Below are positions 46,679 to 55,878 of a stretch of DNA of 64,000 bases, piece by piece (within the stretch, counting starts at the first letter, position 1; every line of letters starts with the position of its first letter). The stretch covers positions 13,634 to 77,633 of the forward strand of contig JANRIZ010000008.1 of NCBI GenBank assembly GCA_033764445.1, written 5' to 3'. Both the position numbers and the translations under genes were made by a program. Below the pieces are notes generated by a model. That model was not told the DNA's origin and ran no database searches. It saw nothing but the letters and a program-made list of their open reading frames with translations. The DNA is from Verrucomicrobiia bacterium (lineage in GTDB: Bacteria > Verrucomicrobiota > Verrucomicrobiia > JAWXBN01).

Positions 46679-47434
46679 ATGAAATTTCTCTGGAATGACA
46701 TATGGCCCCTGCTGGATCAGTCCTGGCGTATCCTCAAAAAGATCAGTCGTCCCACGGTTGTGTGGATCAATCTGGGGATCCTCCTCCTCTTTCTCCTTCT
46801 CCTGCTGCTTTTCCCCTACGACATCCCCCTGCAAAATGCGGTGGAACTCCCGGCACATTCCTCTCTCCACGCCCTGGCCCGGCAACTGAGTTTCTGGGGC
46901 GATTACCCCACGGGTACGCTCATCCTCTGCGGCCTGATCTATGGGGCTGGATGTCTTTGGAAAAAACAGCAGTGGAAATCCGCCGCACTGGCGGCGCTGC
47001 TGGCGGCTTCGGTGTTTGGACTGACCGCGAACATTTTCCGATGCACGCTTGGGCGCCCCCGGCCCCACGCGCAGGAGCATGCGGGGATCAGGGACTGGTT
47101 CTATGGTCCCCTGGCGATCACGGAATTCCACCGCTTTAAGAACCCTTCCGGCTGGGGTTACCTCCACGAGTTTGCCAACACCATGAACAGCTACCAGAGT
47201 TTTCCCAGCGGACACGCGGCCACGGCATTTGCCACGGCCACGGCACTGGCCATCACCCTGCCGCCCGTGGGCCTCCCGGTGCTGATCGCCGCCGGGGGGG
47301 TCGCCTGGTCCCGCATGGCCCTCAGCCGCCATTATCCCACCGATATTCTGGCAGGAGCCCTCATCGGCATCCTCGGCGGGCTGCTTTTTGGGACGGCGGC
47401 ACGACGACTGCGCTCCGCTTCCTCCCCCGCCTGA
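46679..47434 (+). CDS. PAP2-family membrane phosphatase
   Basis: PAP2 motifs ...RPRP..., SFPSGHA, and C-terminal His; six TM helices. Confidence 0.7.
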   Translation: MKFLWNDIWPLLDQSWRILKKISRPTVVWINLGILLLFLLLLLLFPYDIPLQNAVELPAHSSLHALARQLSFWGDYPTGTLILCGLIYGAGCLWKKQQWKSAALAALLAASVFGLTANIFRCTLGRPRPHAQEHAGIRDWFYGPLAITEFHRFKNPSGWGYLHEFANTMNSYQSFPSGHAATAFATATALAITLPPVGLPVLIAAGGVAWSRMALSRHYPTDILAGALIGILGGLLFGTAARRLRSASSPA

Positions 47435-47441
47435 CCAACCC

Positions 47442-48329
47442 ATGAAATCCAAACCCTGCATCGGCATCACCCTCGGCGACGTGGCGGGCATTGGCCCGGA
47501 GGTCATTGCCAAGGCGCTGCAGAGTGGAAAACTCGACGGACGTTTTGAGTACCGGGTCTTATTCGGAAATCTCGCCCCGGCGATTGCCCCCGGACGGGTT
47601 TCCCGCCGCGCGGCGCATTTTGCGCTGGAATGTCTGGAACGGGGGGTGGCACTGGCGCTCCAAGGCTCCCTGGCCGCCCTGGTCACCGGACCGGTCAACA
47701 AATCGGGCCTGAAAATGACCGGATTCAGTTTCCCGGGTCAGACGGAATTCCTGGCGCATCTGACACGGACCAAAAAATTCGCCATGATGCTGGTGGGGGG
47801 GAAACTCCGTGTGAGCCTGGTCACCACCCATGTGCCGCTCCGGGAGGTACCCTCGAGGCTGACCCAGGCCGGAATTGCCGACACGATCCTCCTGACCTCC
47901 CATTATTGCAGGCAGGCGGGGATTCAAAAACCGCGCATCGCGGTGGCGGGTCTCAACCCCCATGCGGGTGAAATCGGCACGGAGGAAAAATCCCTCATCC
48001 TCCCGGCTCTCCAAAAGGCCCGCCGTCGGCTCCGGTCCCTGCCGTCGGTTTTGAGTGGTCCCCACAGCCCGGATACGGTCTTTTACCAGGCACTGCAGGG
48101 CGCTTATGACGCGGTCGTCTGCATGTACCACGATCAGGGTCTGATCCCGCTCAAAATGCTCTCCTTCGACACGGGGGTCAATGTCACCCTCGGCCTGCCC
48201 ATCATCCGAACCTCTCCGGACCACGGCACGGCGTACGACATTGCGGGCAAAAACCGTGCGAATCCCGAAAGTATGATCGCCGCCCTGAATCTGGCCGCAC
48301 AATTGGCGGGGTCAAAACCTCACAACTGA
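47442..48329 (+). CDS. pdxA: 4-hydroxythreonine-4-phosphate dehydrogenase
   Basis: Trimmed to MKSKPCIGITLGDVAGIGPEV; PdxA signature. Confidence 0.85.
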   Translation: MKSKPCIGITLGDVAGIGPEVIAKALQSGKLDGRFEYRVLFGNLAPAIAPGRVSRRAAHFALECLERGVALALQGSLAALVTGPVNKSGLKMTGFSFPGQTEFLAHLTRTKKFAMMLVGGKLRVSLVTTHVPLREVPSRLTQAGIADTILLTSHYCRQAGIQKPRIAVAGLNPHAGEIGTEEKSLILPALQKARRRLRSLPSVLSGPHSPDTVFYQALQGAYDAVVCMYHDQGLIPLKMLSFDTGVNVTLGLPIIRTSPDHGTAYDIAGKNRANPESMIAALNLAAQLAGSKPHN

Positions 48330-49606
48330 TGCTGTGTGGAGGGATGGCCCGCGCTGCCGTTGACGGGAGCGAATGGTTCCTCAAGGGTCTTGCGGTTCTG
48401 TTCGATCTTCTGGAGAAAAATGCCGATCTGGCCCGCGGTCACCTGCACCTGATCGACAAACTGGGTGACGGCCTGACGGACCCTGGTTTCATCCTCGGTC
48501 ATCACACGTTCCATCGGGGCGTTTGATCCAGTCGGGGGCGTGGCGGCCGTGGCGGGTGCGGTCAGTGTCCCTTTTTGCAGGGGCGCCACCGGAACCTCCA
48601 GGAGGTCATCCAGCTTCATTTCCACCATCCGGGTCTGACGGGGCTTGACGGGCGCAGGGGCACTTTCCACGGTGACGGCAACGGTCATGGGCCGGGAAAT
48701 GGGAGGAGTCTGACGGGCCTCAGGGGAGGCCGATGGGACTGTGGCCACACGGATTTTTGCCACGGGGGTGTCCGTGGGGGACGCGACACGGTCGGTTTTT
48801 TGATCGGTTCCCGCCGGCAACCCGGAATTATTGATGAAGGGTTCCAACTCGGCACGGACCTCGGTCTGTTGGCCGCTCTCAGCTCTCCTCAAGAGGGCGG
48901 CAGTCTGGGCGGGTTTTGGTGAATCGACGGATATCCGGGACTGGGCCAGGACCATTGTCTTTTCCACCGGGACAGGGCGTTTGTCCGCCAGCGCCAACGT
49001 CGGTGAGCCGGGGGGACGCCGTTGGCTGATGAATGCAAAGGGACTGGTGACAAGGACGCTGCGGTTTTTCTGGAACACATTGCCGACCTGCAGACCGGAC
49101 TTTTTTCTCATCTCAAAATGCAGATGCGCCACATATTGCCCGTCGGCGTCCCCGATTTTGCCAATCATATCGCCGCGCCGGACAATCTGGCCGCGACGGA
49201 CGGTGATCCGGGAAAGGTGACTGTACATGGATTCGACTTCCCGGATTTTTCCGTTTTCCCGGAAGCGGTGGGTGATAAAAACCGTTTTCCCGTACCCCAT
49301 TCGGATGTCCCGCGCCTCGGTCACAATCCCATGGCCCACGGCAAAAACAGGGTCGCCAAAATCAGTATCCCCCATCCCGGTCCCATTCCAATCCTCCCCA
49401 TCATGGGATCCGGTGACGCCGCGGTGGATGTAATAACCTTTGCCGTCCTTTTTTCCGACTGGCAGATCAAATCCGTCCGCCAACGGAATGACCCGTTTTG
49501 AGGATGTTTCCGCTTGGAGTGTGATCCCCAAGAGGATTGAGAGGGAAAGGCTTATGGCGATAATGTGATTTTTTACCATAAAATACGTAAATACAATTAG
49601 AGGCAT
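48320..49606 (-). CDS. M23-family peptidase (LytM-like) with Pro/Thr-rich N-terminal region
   Basis: C-terminal GDPVFAVGHG...GYGKTVFITH...GDMIGKIGDADGQYVAHLHFE M23 motifs (HxxxD, HxH). Confidence 0.8.
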   Translation of the reverse strand: MPLIVFTYFMVKNHIIAISLSLSILLGITLQAETSSKRVIPLADGFDLPVGKKDGKGYYIHRGVTGSHDGEDWNGTGMGDTDFGDPVFAVGHGIVTEARDIRMGYGKTVFITHRFRENGKIREVESMYSHLSRITVRRGQIVRRGDMIGKIGDADGQYVAHLHFEMRKKSGLQVGNVFQKNRSVLVTSPFAFISQRRPPGSPTLALADKRPVPVEKTMVLAQSRISVDSPKPAQTAALLRRAESGQQTEVRAELEPFINNSGLPAGTDQKTDRVASPTDTPVAKIRVATVPSASPEARQTPPISRPMTVAVTVESAPAPVKPRQTRMVEMKLDDLLEVPVAPLQKGTLTAPATAATPPTGSNAPMERVMTEDETRVRQAVTQFVDQVQVTAGQIGIFLQKIEQNRKTLEEPFAPVNGSAGHPSTQHQL

Positions 49607-49711
49607 TTAAATGCGGAAGCAAGTATTATTTGAGTCCGTCTTTTTATGACGGAAACCAAAACCGTTTTCTTCAAGAAGAGTTAATGGGTCGGCAGACGAA
49701 TGATCAATTGA

Positions 49712-50620
49712 TCAGCGCAGCAATCCCGACCGACGGCGGCGCAGGCAAACACCCAGCATCAGGGTGGCACCTGCCAGCATCAGGGCGTAGGTCGATGGCT
49801 CCGGAATGGCCATCAAGGAGTAGTTGTCAAACTGCATGGTCTGGTTGGCGGTGGTCCCGTAATTCCACAACACCCCCAGATGAGTCAGGCTGCTGGAGGT
49901 GTAGTCGGTATTGATCGATCCACTGGCCAGCAGGGTGGTCACTCCGGCAATGGGATCGGCAAAGGCCGCCGTCCCGTCATCGCGCCCATACACAAGCCAC
50001 GAGCTGTCCAGAGGATTGTAGGTCACCCGGAAGCTGTAGTGATTGGTCAGGACGCCTCCGGTCTGCGGATCACTGAAGGGGGCGGTGGTGGCGGAGACGA
50101 CATTGGTCAGCTGGGAATTCAAATCAAGCCCGCTTGTAAATGTCACCAGCCGGAAGGGATCGGGCGTCCCGGAATTTCCGAAAACCAGGGCATAACCGTT
50201 GGCAGTCATGAAGTCCGACGATGTCGCCCCCAGCACCACGGCCATGCCATAGTTGCCAGAATTAAATCCGGAAGGCTCAGTCGTGCGGTCATACTTGACG
50301 TTGAATGTCCACTGCAGCGTGCTGGGATTGGCGTTGAGCTGCGTGTTGAATCCACTGGAAAATCCGCTCGCTGGGGTGGAGAAGAAAACCCGTCCGTTTG
50401 CGTTGGCCGCTCCGGATCCGTCGTTGGAGAGGGTGACCTTCGTGCCGTCGAGACTGACCGCACCGTCGCCTGCGGAGGCGTTGGTTGTGTACGTATAGGT
50501 ACCCCCATTGATCGTGGCCCGGTTAAAATCATCCGAATAAAAATTCGTCTGCGCCTGGGTCACCCCGGACACGGCTATGATCAAACCGAAGGCAAACAAT
50601 ACGTGGAGCCGATTTTTCAT
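49712..50620 (-). CDS. PEP-CTERM sorting-domain secreted protein
   Basis: Trimmed to the MKNRLHVLFAFGLIIAVSGVTQA signal peptide; C-terminus ...IPEPSTYALMLAGATLMLGVCLRRRRS (PEP motif, TM helix, Arg cluster). Confidence 0.8.
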   Translation of the reverse strand: MKNRLHVLFAFGLIIAVSGVTQAQTNFYSDDFNRATINGGTYTYTTNASAGDGAVSLDGTKVTLSNDGSGAANANGRVFFSTPASGFSSGFNTQLNANPSTLQWTFNVKYDRTTEPSGFNSGNYGMAVVLGATSSDFMTANGYALVFGNSGTPDPFRLVTFTSGLDLNSQLTNVVSATTAPFSDPQTGGVLTNHYSFRVTYNPLDSSWLVYGRDDGTAAFADPIAGVTTLLASGSINTDYTSSSLTHLGVLWNYGTTANQTMQFDNYSLMAIPEPSTYALMLAGATLMLGVCLRRRRSGLLR

Positions 50621-50709
50621 ATAAAACATCAAGGGCACTGTAATTATTAATTGTAACAAAATGATTTCCATTGCGTGACAATTACGCTTCATCAATTTCA
50701 CCCCTGATC

Positions 50710-50861
50710 GCCGCATTTTGGCCGCCCCGATCAATCCGGGGTAAACTTCAAGGCTCAAAACACGCAAAAGGCGGATTCTTTCTGAACGGCCCGAGGAGCG
50801 CACGCGCCCTTGCGTGCATCAGGAGGCGCCCCCGCCTCCGCGCTGGGAGGCCCAACGGGCC
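50710..50861 (+). repeat. ~155-bp repeated extragenic element, copy A
   Basis: ~90% identical to 58517..58669; contains the ccccgatcaatccgggg and gcacgc...gcgtgc hairpins and a terminal cccaacgggccg. Confidence 0.8.
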
Positions 50862-50994
50862 GATGTATGTGAAGCCTGGGGCAACGCCACAGGAAAATGG
50901 GATTTTATGAAAAAGCCGTGTAAGGGCGTTGCAATCAATGCAATTTCATCTCAATACAACTTGTCCTGGGGATCATAATGTGTTCAATGAGGGC

Positions 50995-51465
50995 ATGAAA
51001 TTGATCCCTCTGCTCATGGTGTTTTCTCTGTGCAATCTTCTGCCCCTTCACGCGGGGGATCACTCGGTCTCCAAGGGGTTTGTCCTGGTCCCTGTGGCGC
51101 CAAACGCAGCGGAGGGGGTCCGGGTCAAATTCAACCACAAACATTACCGTGTCTCGCCCACCCCGATCATCACTGGCGCCGATATCCGTCAGGCGACTCT
51201 GGACCTGGACGAAACCGGCAAGGGCATCGTCCGGTCCATTGATCTGGGACTGACCCCCGAGGGGGCCGGCAAAATGGCCGACTGGATTTCAAACGCCAAA
51301 AGCAGAGAAGTGGCGGCAATCATCGAGGGGAAAGTCATCAGCATCTTCACGGTCACAGGTCCCGACAGCAGCGGCGGACTGGCCATTACGGGCAACCTCT
51401 CACGCCACGACGCCCACAAATACGTCAAAAAAATCAACCGCCACGCGGCGGGGGAAAAAAAATAG
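50995..51465 (+). CDS. secreted protein with SecD/SecF P1-head-like periplasmic domain
   Basis: Signal peptide MKLIPLLMVFSLCNLLPLHA; ...EVAAIIEGKVISIFTVTGPDSSGGLAITGNLS resembles the SecD P1 consensus (lAivlDgkvisaPvI..G..ItGnf). Confidence 0.35.
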   Translation: MKLIPLLMVFSLCNLLPLHAGDHSVSKGFVLVPVAPNAAEGVRVKFNHKHYRVSPTPIITGADIRQATLDLDETGKGIVRSIDLGLTPEGAGKMADWISNAKSREVAAIIEGKVISIFTVTGPDSSGGLAITGNLSRHDAHKYVKKINRHAAGEKK

Positions 51466-51576
51466 CACGGCCCGTTCCATTCCCTCGCCTCATCCCAGAT
51501 CAGCACCCCTCCTGAACGGTCTCCCACCACGGCATCAGGATAACAGACTTGCCAGCCATTCAAGAATGCCTTTCCT

Positions 51577-53454
51577 TTACTGGCCCTCGAAAAGCTCTTC
51601 CCAACGGCTGACGTCGTAGTAAAGGACCTTATCCTTGTCCTCATTCATGCTTTCATCGTAATGAATGACAAAGTTACCGACCGATCTGATTGTGCTCCCC
51701 GTAACAGCCCCATAAATATCGGCAGTGCCATGAATGGTCACTTCGGCACTGGGTGCATAAATTCCCGCATAAAGAGCCGAAGTTCCACCAATTCCAACAT
51801 TGGTCACGGTGGGTAGTCCATAAATTGACAGCCATCCGGGCCTGCCCGAGGAATTGACGATTCCATTGCCCCCGAGGTCAATTTCGGGTCCATATACATA
51901 AATCTCGACTTTCGGCGGACCGTTTGTGATCGAAACCGTGTTTGTGGTGGTGGTCACATTTGTAACCGTGGAAACCGTGGGAGTGACGTTGGTTGTGTAG
52001 GAGGCCGCCAGCATGTTCGTCATATATTGATTGGTGGTGGTGGTAAAAACAGTGGTGACATTCGGCCCCGATTGCACATTGACGGTATGGCTGTCATAAA
52101 TTGTATAATCCCCTCCGTACGGGAAGCTCGCCTGAACGGTAGCGGTATTGTAGGGGGCGGTGCCGGTACTGGTTCCACTTTTTGTTTTTGAAGCAGAGGC
52201 GTTTTTTCTCCATGTCACCACATAGGCGTAGGTATAGTTAGTGACATTATTGGTTCCAAATGTCAGGTCATTGTAGAGCAAGGTCTGGTAGATATTCGTG
52301 GCAACAATGTTCGTCGAGTAATTGGTCGATGTTGTAACACTCCCCCCTGCAGTAACAATATTTGTCGTGTAGATCACCGGATTGATATTGATATAATCGC
52401 CACCCGCCATATTGATACTGTTGGATACATAGACACGCACGGTATTATTGCTGAAACCAGTGATGGTGAGTTTGTCGATTTCGCTGGTGGTCCGGAAGTC
52501 TGACACCGTACCGGAGGCATTGGAACTTCCAATGCTTCCCCCATTGGCAAACGTGCCGGGAGTGGCGCTGAAATTGGCCGGCAGGGCGGCATCCGGTATG
52601 TCCCGCTGCAAACCGTCGCTGATGCTGTTGGTCGTTCCATTGGGGTCGCTGAGCATGTTGAAATTGGCGCCTGTTTTGACCGTACCGCCATCGCCCGTCT
52701 GCATGGAGCCGTAAATATCCAGGTGCCCGGCATCAATGATGAAAATATTGGTCCCGTTCGATCCCACATTCCCATTGAAGGTCCGGTTGGAAACGGCATT
52801 GTAGGGACCATCTCCGGAATTGTAGGAATCAATGACTGAAGAATTTCCACCAATCTCGATTCCTCCCTTTGCAAACAAGGCCCAATGATCATTGGGGCGG
52901 ATAGGTGCAAGAATCATTCGGATACGACGGACCGACTCCTGATTTCCCCCGGTGCCCGTCACACTTGGAATCTCCATATTTCCGTAGGCAACAACAGTAA
53001 AGTTATTTGTAAATATTGCATTATTCGTGGATGTGGCGGCATCATAAATGGAAGTCCCCTCTTTTGCGGCGGGAACGGTACTGACGACGACCGAATAAGA
53101 GGAACTCTGTTCATTTCCGGAAATGGGTGAGAGTGTCGTCTCGGCAAGCGTCCAGACGGAGGACACTCCGGTCCATGTGTACGTCCATCCGTCGGCGGTC
53201 GGAAACCAGTTACTGGTCGAACCGCCGGGATTCATGTTCATGGTGTTTTTATTGATTTCGTTAAAGGCAACCTCCCCTCCGGCCTCGGCGGAGAACATGG
53301 CTTGGGACCATGAAACAGACCGTTTGCTCAACCGGTACTCATTCCCGGCCATGGACAAAATGCTGACACACAGGATTGACATGGCGGCAATCATTCCAAT
53401 GACCAGCAGGAGTGAGGAGCCCGTTTGCGTGGCTTGTGGCGATGGATTTTTCAT
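51577..53454 (-). CDS. PilX-like large minor pilin (PilX_N domain) of a type IV pilus/pseudopilus
   Basis: N-terminus GSSLLLVIGMIAAMSILCVSILSMAGNEYRLSKR...AMFSAEAGGEVAFNEI matches PilX_N; the remainder is Thr/Asn/Gly-rich. Confidence 0.6.
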   Translation of the reverse strand: MKNPSPQATQTGSSLLLVIGMIAAMSILCVSILSMAGNEYRLSKRSVSWSQAMFSAEAGGEVAFNEINKNTMNMNPGGSTSNWFPTADGWTYTWTGVSSVWTLAETTLSPISGNEQSSSYSVVVSTVPAAKEGTSIYDAATSTNNAIFTNNFTVVAYGNMEIPSVTGTGGNQESVRRIRMILAPIRPNDHWALFAKGGIEIGGNSSVIDSYNSGDGPYNAVSNRTFNGNVGSNGTNIFIIDAGHLDIYGSMQTGDGGTVKTGANFNMLSDPNGTTNSISDGLQRDIPDAALPANFSATPGTFANGGSIGSSNASGTVSDFRTTSEIDKLTITGFSNNTVRVYVSNSINMAGGDYININPVIYTTNIVTAGGSVTTSTNYSTNIVATNIYQTLLYNDLTFGTNNVTNYTYAYVVTWRKNASASKTKSGTSTGTAPYNTATVQASFPYGGDYTIYDSHTVNVQSGPNVTTVFTTTTNQYMTNMLAASYTTNVTPTVSTVTNVTTTTNTVSITNGPPKVEIYVYGPEIDLGGNGIVNSSGRPGWLSIYGLPTVTNVGIGGTSALYAGIYAPSAEVTIHGTADIYGAVTGSTIRSVGNFVIHYDESMNEDKDKVLYYDVSRWEELFEGQ

Positions 53455-53469
53455 GGATTCACCTCTCTT

Positions 53470-54096
53470 TTATTTGTTACGAAGTTGCACCCGCACTTGG
53501 ATACGATCGGTCGTGATGTTGGCCAAAATCTGGTTTTCAAGCTCCATGTAACAACGCACCTCGGCTGCAAGGGGAAAATCGCTGGCAATACAGGGTTGTC
53601 CTGGTTTTTTGTAGAGGGAAAAGAATTCGTCCTTGGTCCGCACCGAATGATTGGAAAGGGTCAGCTGGATCGTTGAAACAGGATTTGATGCCAGATTCAC
53701 AACACCGGCGGAGGTTCCCCACCATTCCTTTCGCACCAGCATATTATTGGTACGGTCAATATAAAAAACCGGGGTCAGCGCATACTGGACGACACGATTT
53801 CGGGAAACGGAGGGAGTGGTCTGGTTGGTCCCCTGAATAAAAAGGCAAAGATTTGTGGCAGAAAAAGGGACCCCCCCGGGTCCGTTGGTCACCACCGTGG
53901 CAAAACGGGCATCCCGGTTGATCAATGCCAGGCTCCGGCGCACATCGGCATGCATGTTGCGGTAGCCCTTTTCCATGATGTACTTTTTGTACAAATCCAC
54001 CCCTCCGGTCATCGCCATGGCCATGACAACGGCAATGACAGTCATGGAAATCATGACCTCAAGAAGGGTCATGGCTTGATTGTATTTTGGGTGCAT
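53470..54096 (-). CDS. prepilin-type minor pilin (PilW-like)
   Basis: N-terminal methylation/cleavage motif AMTLLEVMISMTVIAV. Confidence 0.6.
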   Translation of the reverse strand: MHPKYNQAMTLLEVMISMTVIAVVMAMAMTGGVDLYKKYIMEKGYRNMHADVRRSLALINRDARFATVVTNGPGGVPFSATNLCLFIQGTNQTTPSVSRNRVVQYALTPVFYIDRTNNMLVRKEWWGTSAGVVNLASNPVSTIQLTLSNHSVRTKDEFFSLYKKPGQPCIASDFPLAAEVRCYMELENQILANITTDRIQVRVQLRNK

Positions 54097-54107
54097 CGTT
54101 ATTCTCC

Positions 54108-54683
54108 TTAAATGTCGGTGGCGGTCATTCCGCCCTTTGTCAGGATGGTGGTCATGCTGTTGGTCAGCCAGGTATTCCCCACCTTCCAGGACGTCGTGAC
54201 GGTGGCTTTGATCATGGAGTGACTCGTATCTCCAGAGACAACCGCACTGCCATCAGGCCAAAACACCATATGGATATTGCGTCGGGGCGGCTGGTCCTTG
54301 TCACCGGTCAGAAAGATGTGCTCAGGATCCGAGGGATCCAATTCCACATAGTTCACAATCAATCCGTTGGTCAGGGACATGGATTCAATCATGTTTGTTG
54401 AAATTCTCAGGGCACTGGTGGTGGCTATGTTTGACCATGCCAACAGTTCGTCCCAGTTCCGCGTCCGAAGATACTCAATATTCGCGAGGGTCACGTCCTC
54501 GGCACGGGACATCTGACGCAAACCATCCAACTGCCGGATGGCCTGATAATGGGCCATGTACAGGGCACCAAAGGCGATCATGAAAATCATCGAAGACACC
54601 AACACCTCCACCAATGTAAATCCCCCCCGGGAGTCAGAACAAACGGCTTTTTCAGTCGTGGAGGCGGTATTAAGTGTACTCAT
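54108..54683 (-). CDS. prepilin-type minor pilin (PilV-like)
   Basis: N-terminal GGFTLVEVLVSSMIFMIAFGAL. Confidence 0.6.
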   Translation of the reverse strand: MSTLNTASTTEKAVCSDSRGGFTLVEVLVSSMIFMIAFGALYMAHYQAIRQLDGLRQMSRAEDVTLANIEYLRTRNWDELLAWSNIATTSALRISTNMIESMSLTNGLIVNYVELDPSDPEHIFLTGDKDQPPRRNIHMVFWPDGSAVVSGDTSHSMIKATVTTSWKVGNTWLTNSMTTILTKGGMTATDI

Positions 54684-54812
54684 AGTGTTGAAACCTTAAA
54701 CCTTCTTTTTGTTTTGCGCCATGGTACCAATTGACTATTGTAAACAATTATAAACACCATGATAATTCGCCAAGTCCCTGAATAAAACCAGCCTCTGAAT
54801 ATTCCCCTCCCC

Positions 54813-54913
54813 ATCCATCTTATCCCCTCCCATCGATCATGCAAAACCCACCCGGAACATTGCTGGATCAGTTGAATCATCCATCTTATCCCCTCCCATC
54901 GATCATGCAAAAC
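54813..54913 (+). repeat. perfect 35-bp direct repeat (atccatcttatcccctcccatcgatcatgcaaaac) x2, period 66 bp, each copy containing an in-frame ATG
   Basis: Copies at 54813..54847 and 54879..54913, seen directly in the sequence. Confidence 0.85.
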
Positions 54914-55543
54914 ATACGTACCGTTGTCATTGAGGACATTACACTTCTGCGGGAACTGATCATCAACTCCCTGAAGTCCGATCCCCAGTTTGAAATCGTC
55001 GGCCAGGCGGCAGACGGGCATCAGGCCTTGGAACTGATCCGCAGCCGCCTGCCCGACATGCTCATTCTCGATCTCATGCTGCCCGGCCTGGCGGGGGTGG
55101 AGGTTCTCAAACGCTTTTTCAAACTCAATCCCAAAGGCCGGGTGCTGGTTGTCACCGGCTACGAAAACCCCGCCTTGGTCCGGGAGGTTCTGGAAGCGGG
55201 GGCCCAGGGTTTCATCGAAAAAAGCGCCTCACTCGAGGACATGGTGTTGGCGATCAAAAAAGTGGCCCATGGCGAAAGTTACCTGGGCAATTCCGTGGCC
55301 CAGATGCTGCGGGACGCGGCCTTCTCCAAAAACAACGACCCGGTCCCGCTCACCAGCCGGGAACGCGAGGCGCTCCAAATGATTGCCGAGGGCAAAAGCA
55401 CCAAGGAAATCGCCGACATCATGAAAATCAGCGTCAATACCGCCCGCAACCACCGCGCCAACCTCATGGCCAAGCTCAATATCCACGACATTTCCTCCCT
55501 GACCCGTTACGCCATCAAGATGGGCATCGCCACCGCCCGCTGA
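54839..55543 (+). CDS. NarL/FixJ-family response regulator (REC plus LuxR-type HTH)
   Basis: REC motifs VVIEDI...LILDLMLPG...VVTGY; C-terminal LTSREREALQMIAEGKSTKEIA. The true start may be the second ATG at 54905. Confidence 0.85.
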   Translation: MQNPPGTLLDQLNHPSYPLPSIMQNIRTVVIEDITLLRELIINSLKSDPQFEIVGQAADGHQALELIRSRLPDMLILDLMLPGLAGVEVLKRFFKLNPKGRVLVVTGYENPALVREVLEAGAQGFIEKSASLEDMVLAIKKVAHGESYLGNSVAQMLRDAAFSKNNDPVPLTSREREALQMIAEGKSTKEIADIMKISVNTARNHRANLMAKLNIHDISSLTRYAIKMGIATAR

Positions 55544-55766
55544 GGCGAGCCCGTTCGCAGGGACGCATGAACAAGGTCAGTCTTCCAAAGTAGCAGGAGC
55601 ATCTTGCTCCCATGAGCGTTGAGTGTTCAGGGTTGAGCGGAGTGGGTTCTCTGTTCCCGGTTCCCGGATGTCGGCCTGAGGACGAAGCGGGCGAAGGTCT
55701 GTCATGAGACATGAGTCATCTGGAATGAGACATTATTCCCATTGTGAATTTTTGTGCATGGGAGTC

Positions 55767-55790
55767 TACCCCGGATTGATCGGGGCGGCC
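55767..55790 (-). repeat. short inverted-orientation fragment of the repeated extragenic element (copy C)
   Basis: taccccggattgatcggggcggcc is the reverse complement of the element core in copies A and B. Confidence 0.6.
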
Positions 55791-55878
55791 ATCATCTGCG
55801 GGTTTCCCCACCGGTAATGTCTCTGATTCTCCGTGCATTTCTCCCCTTCTGAGATAAAATGCATCCGCTTCACCATAG

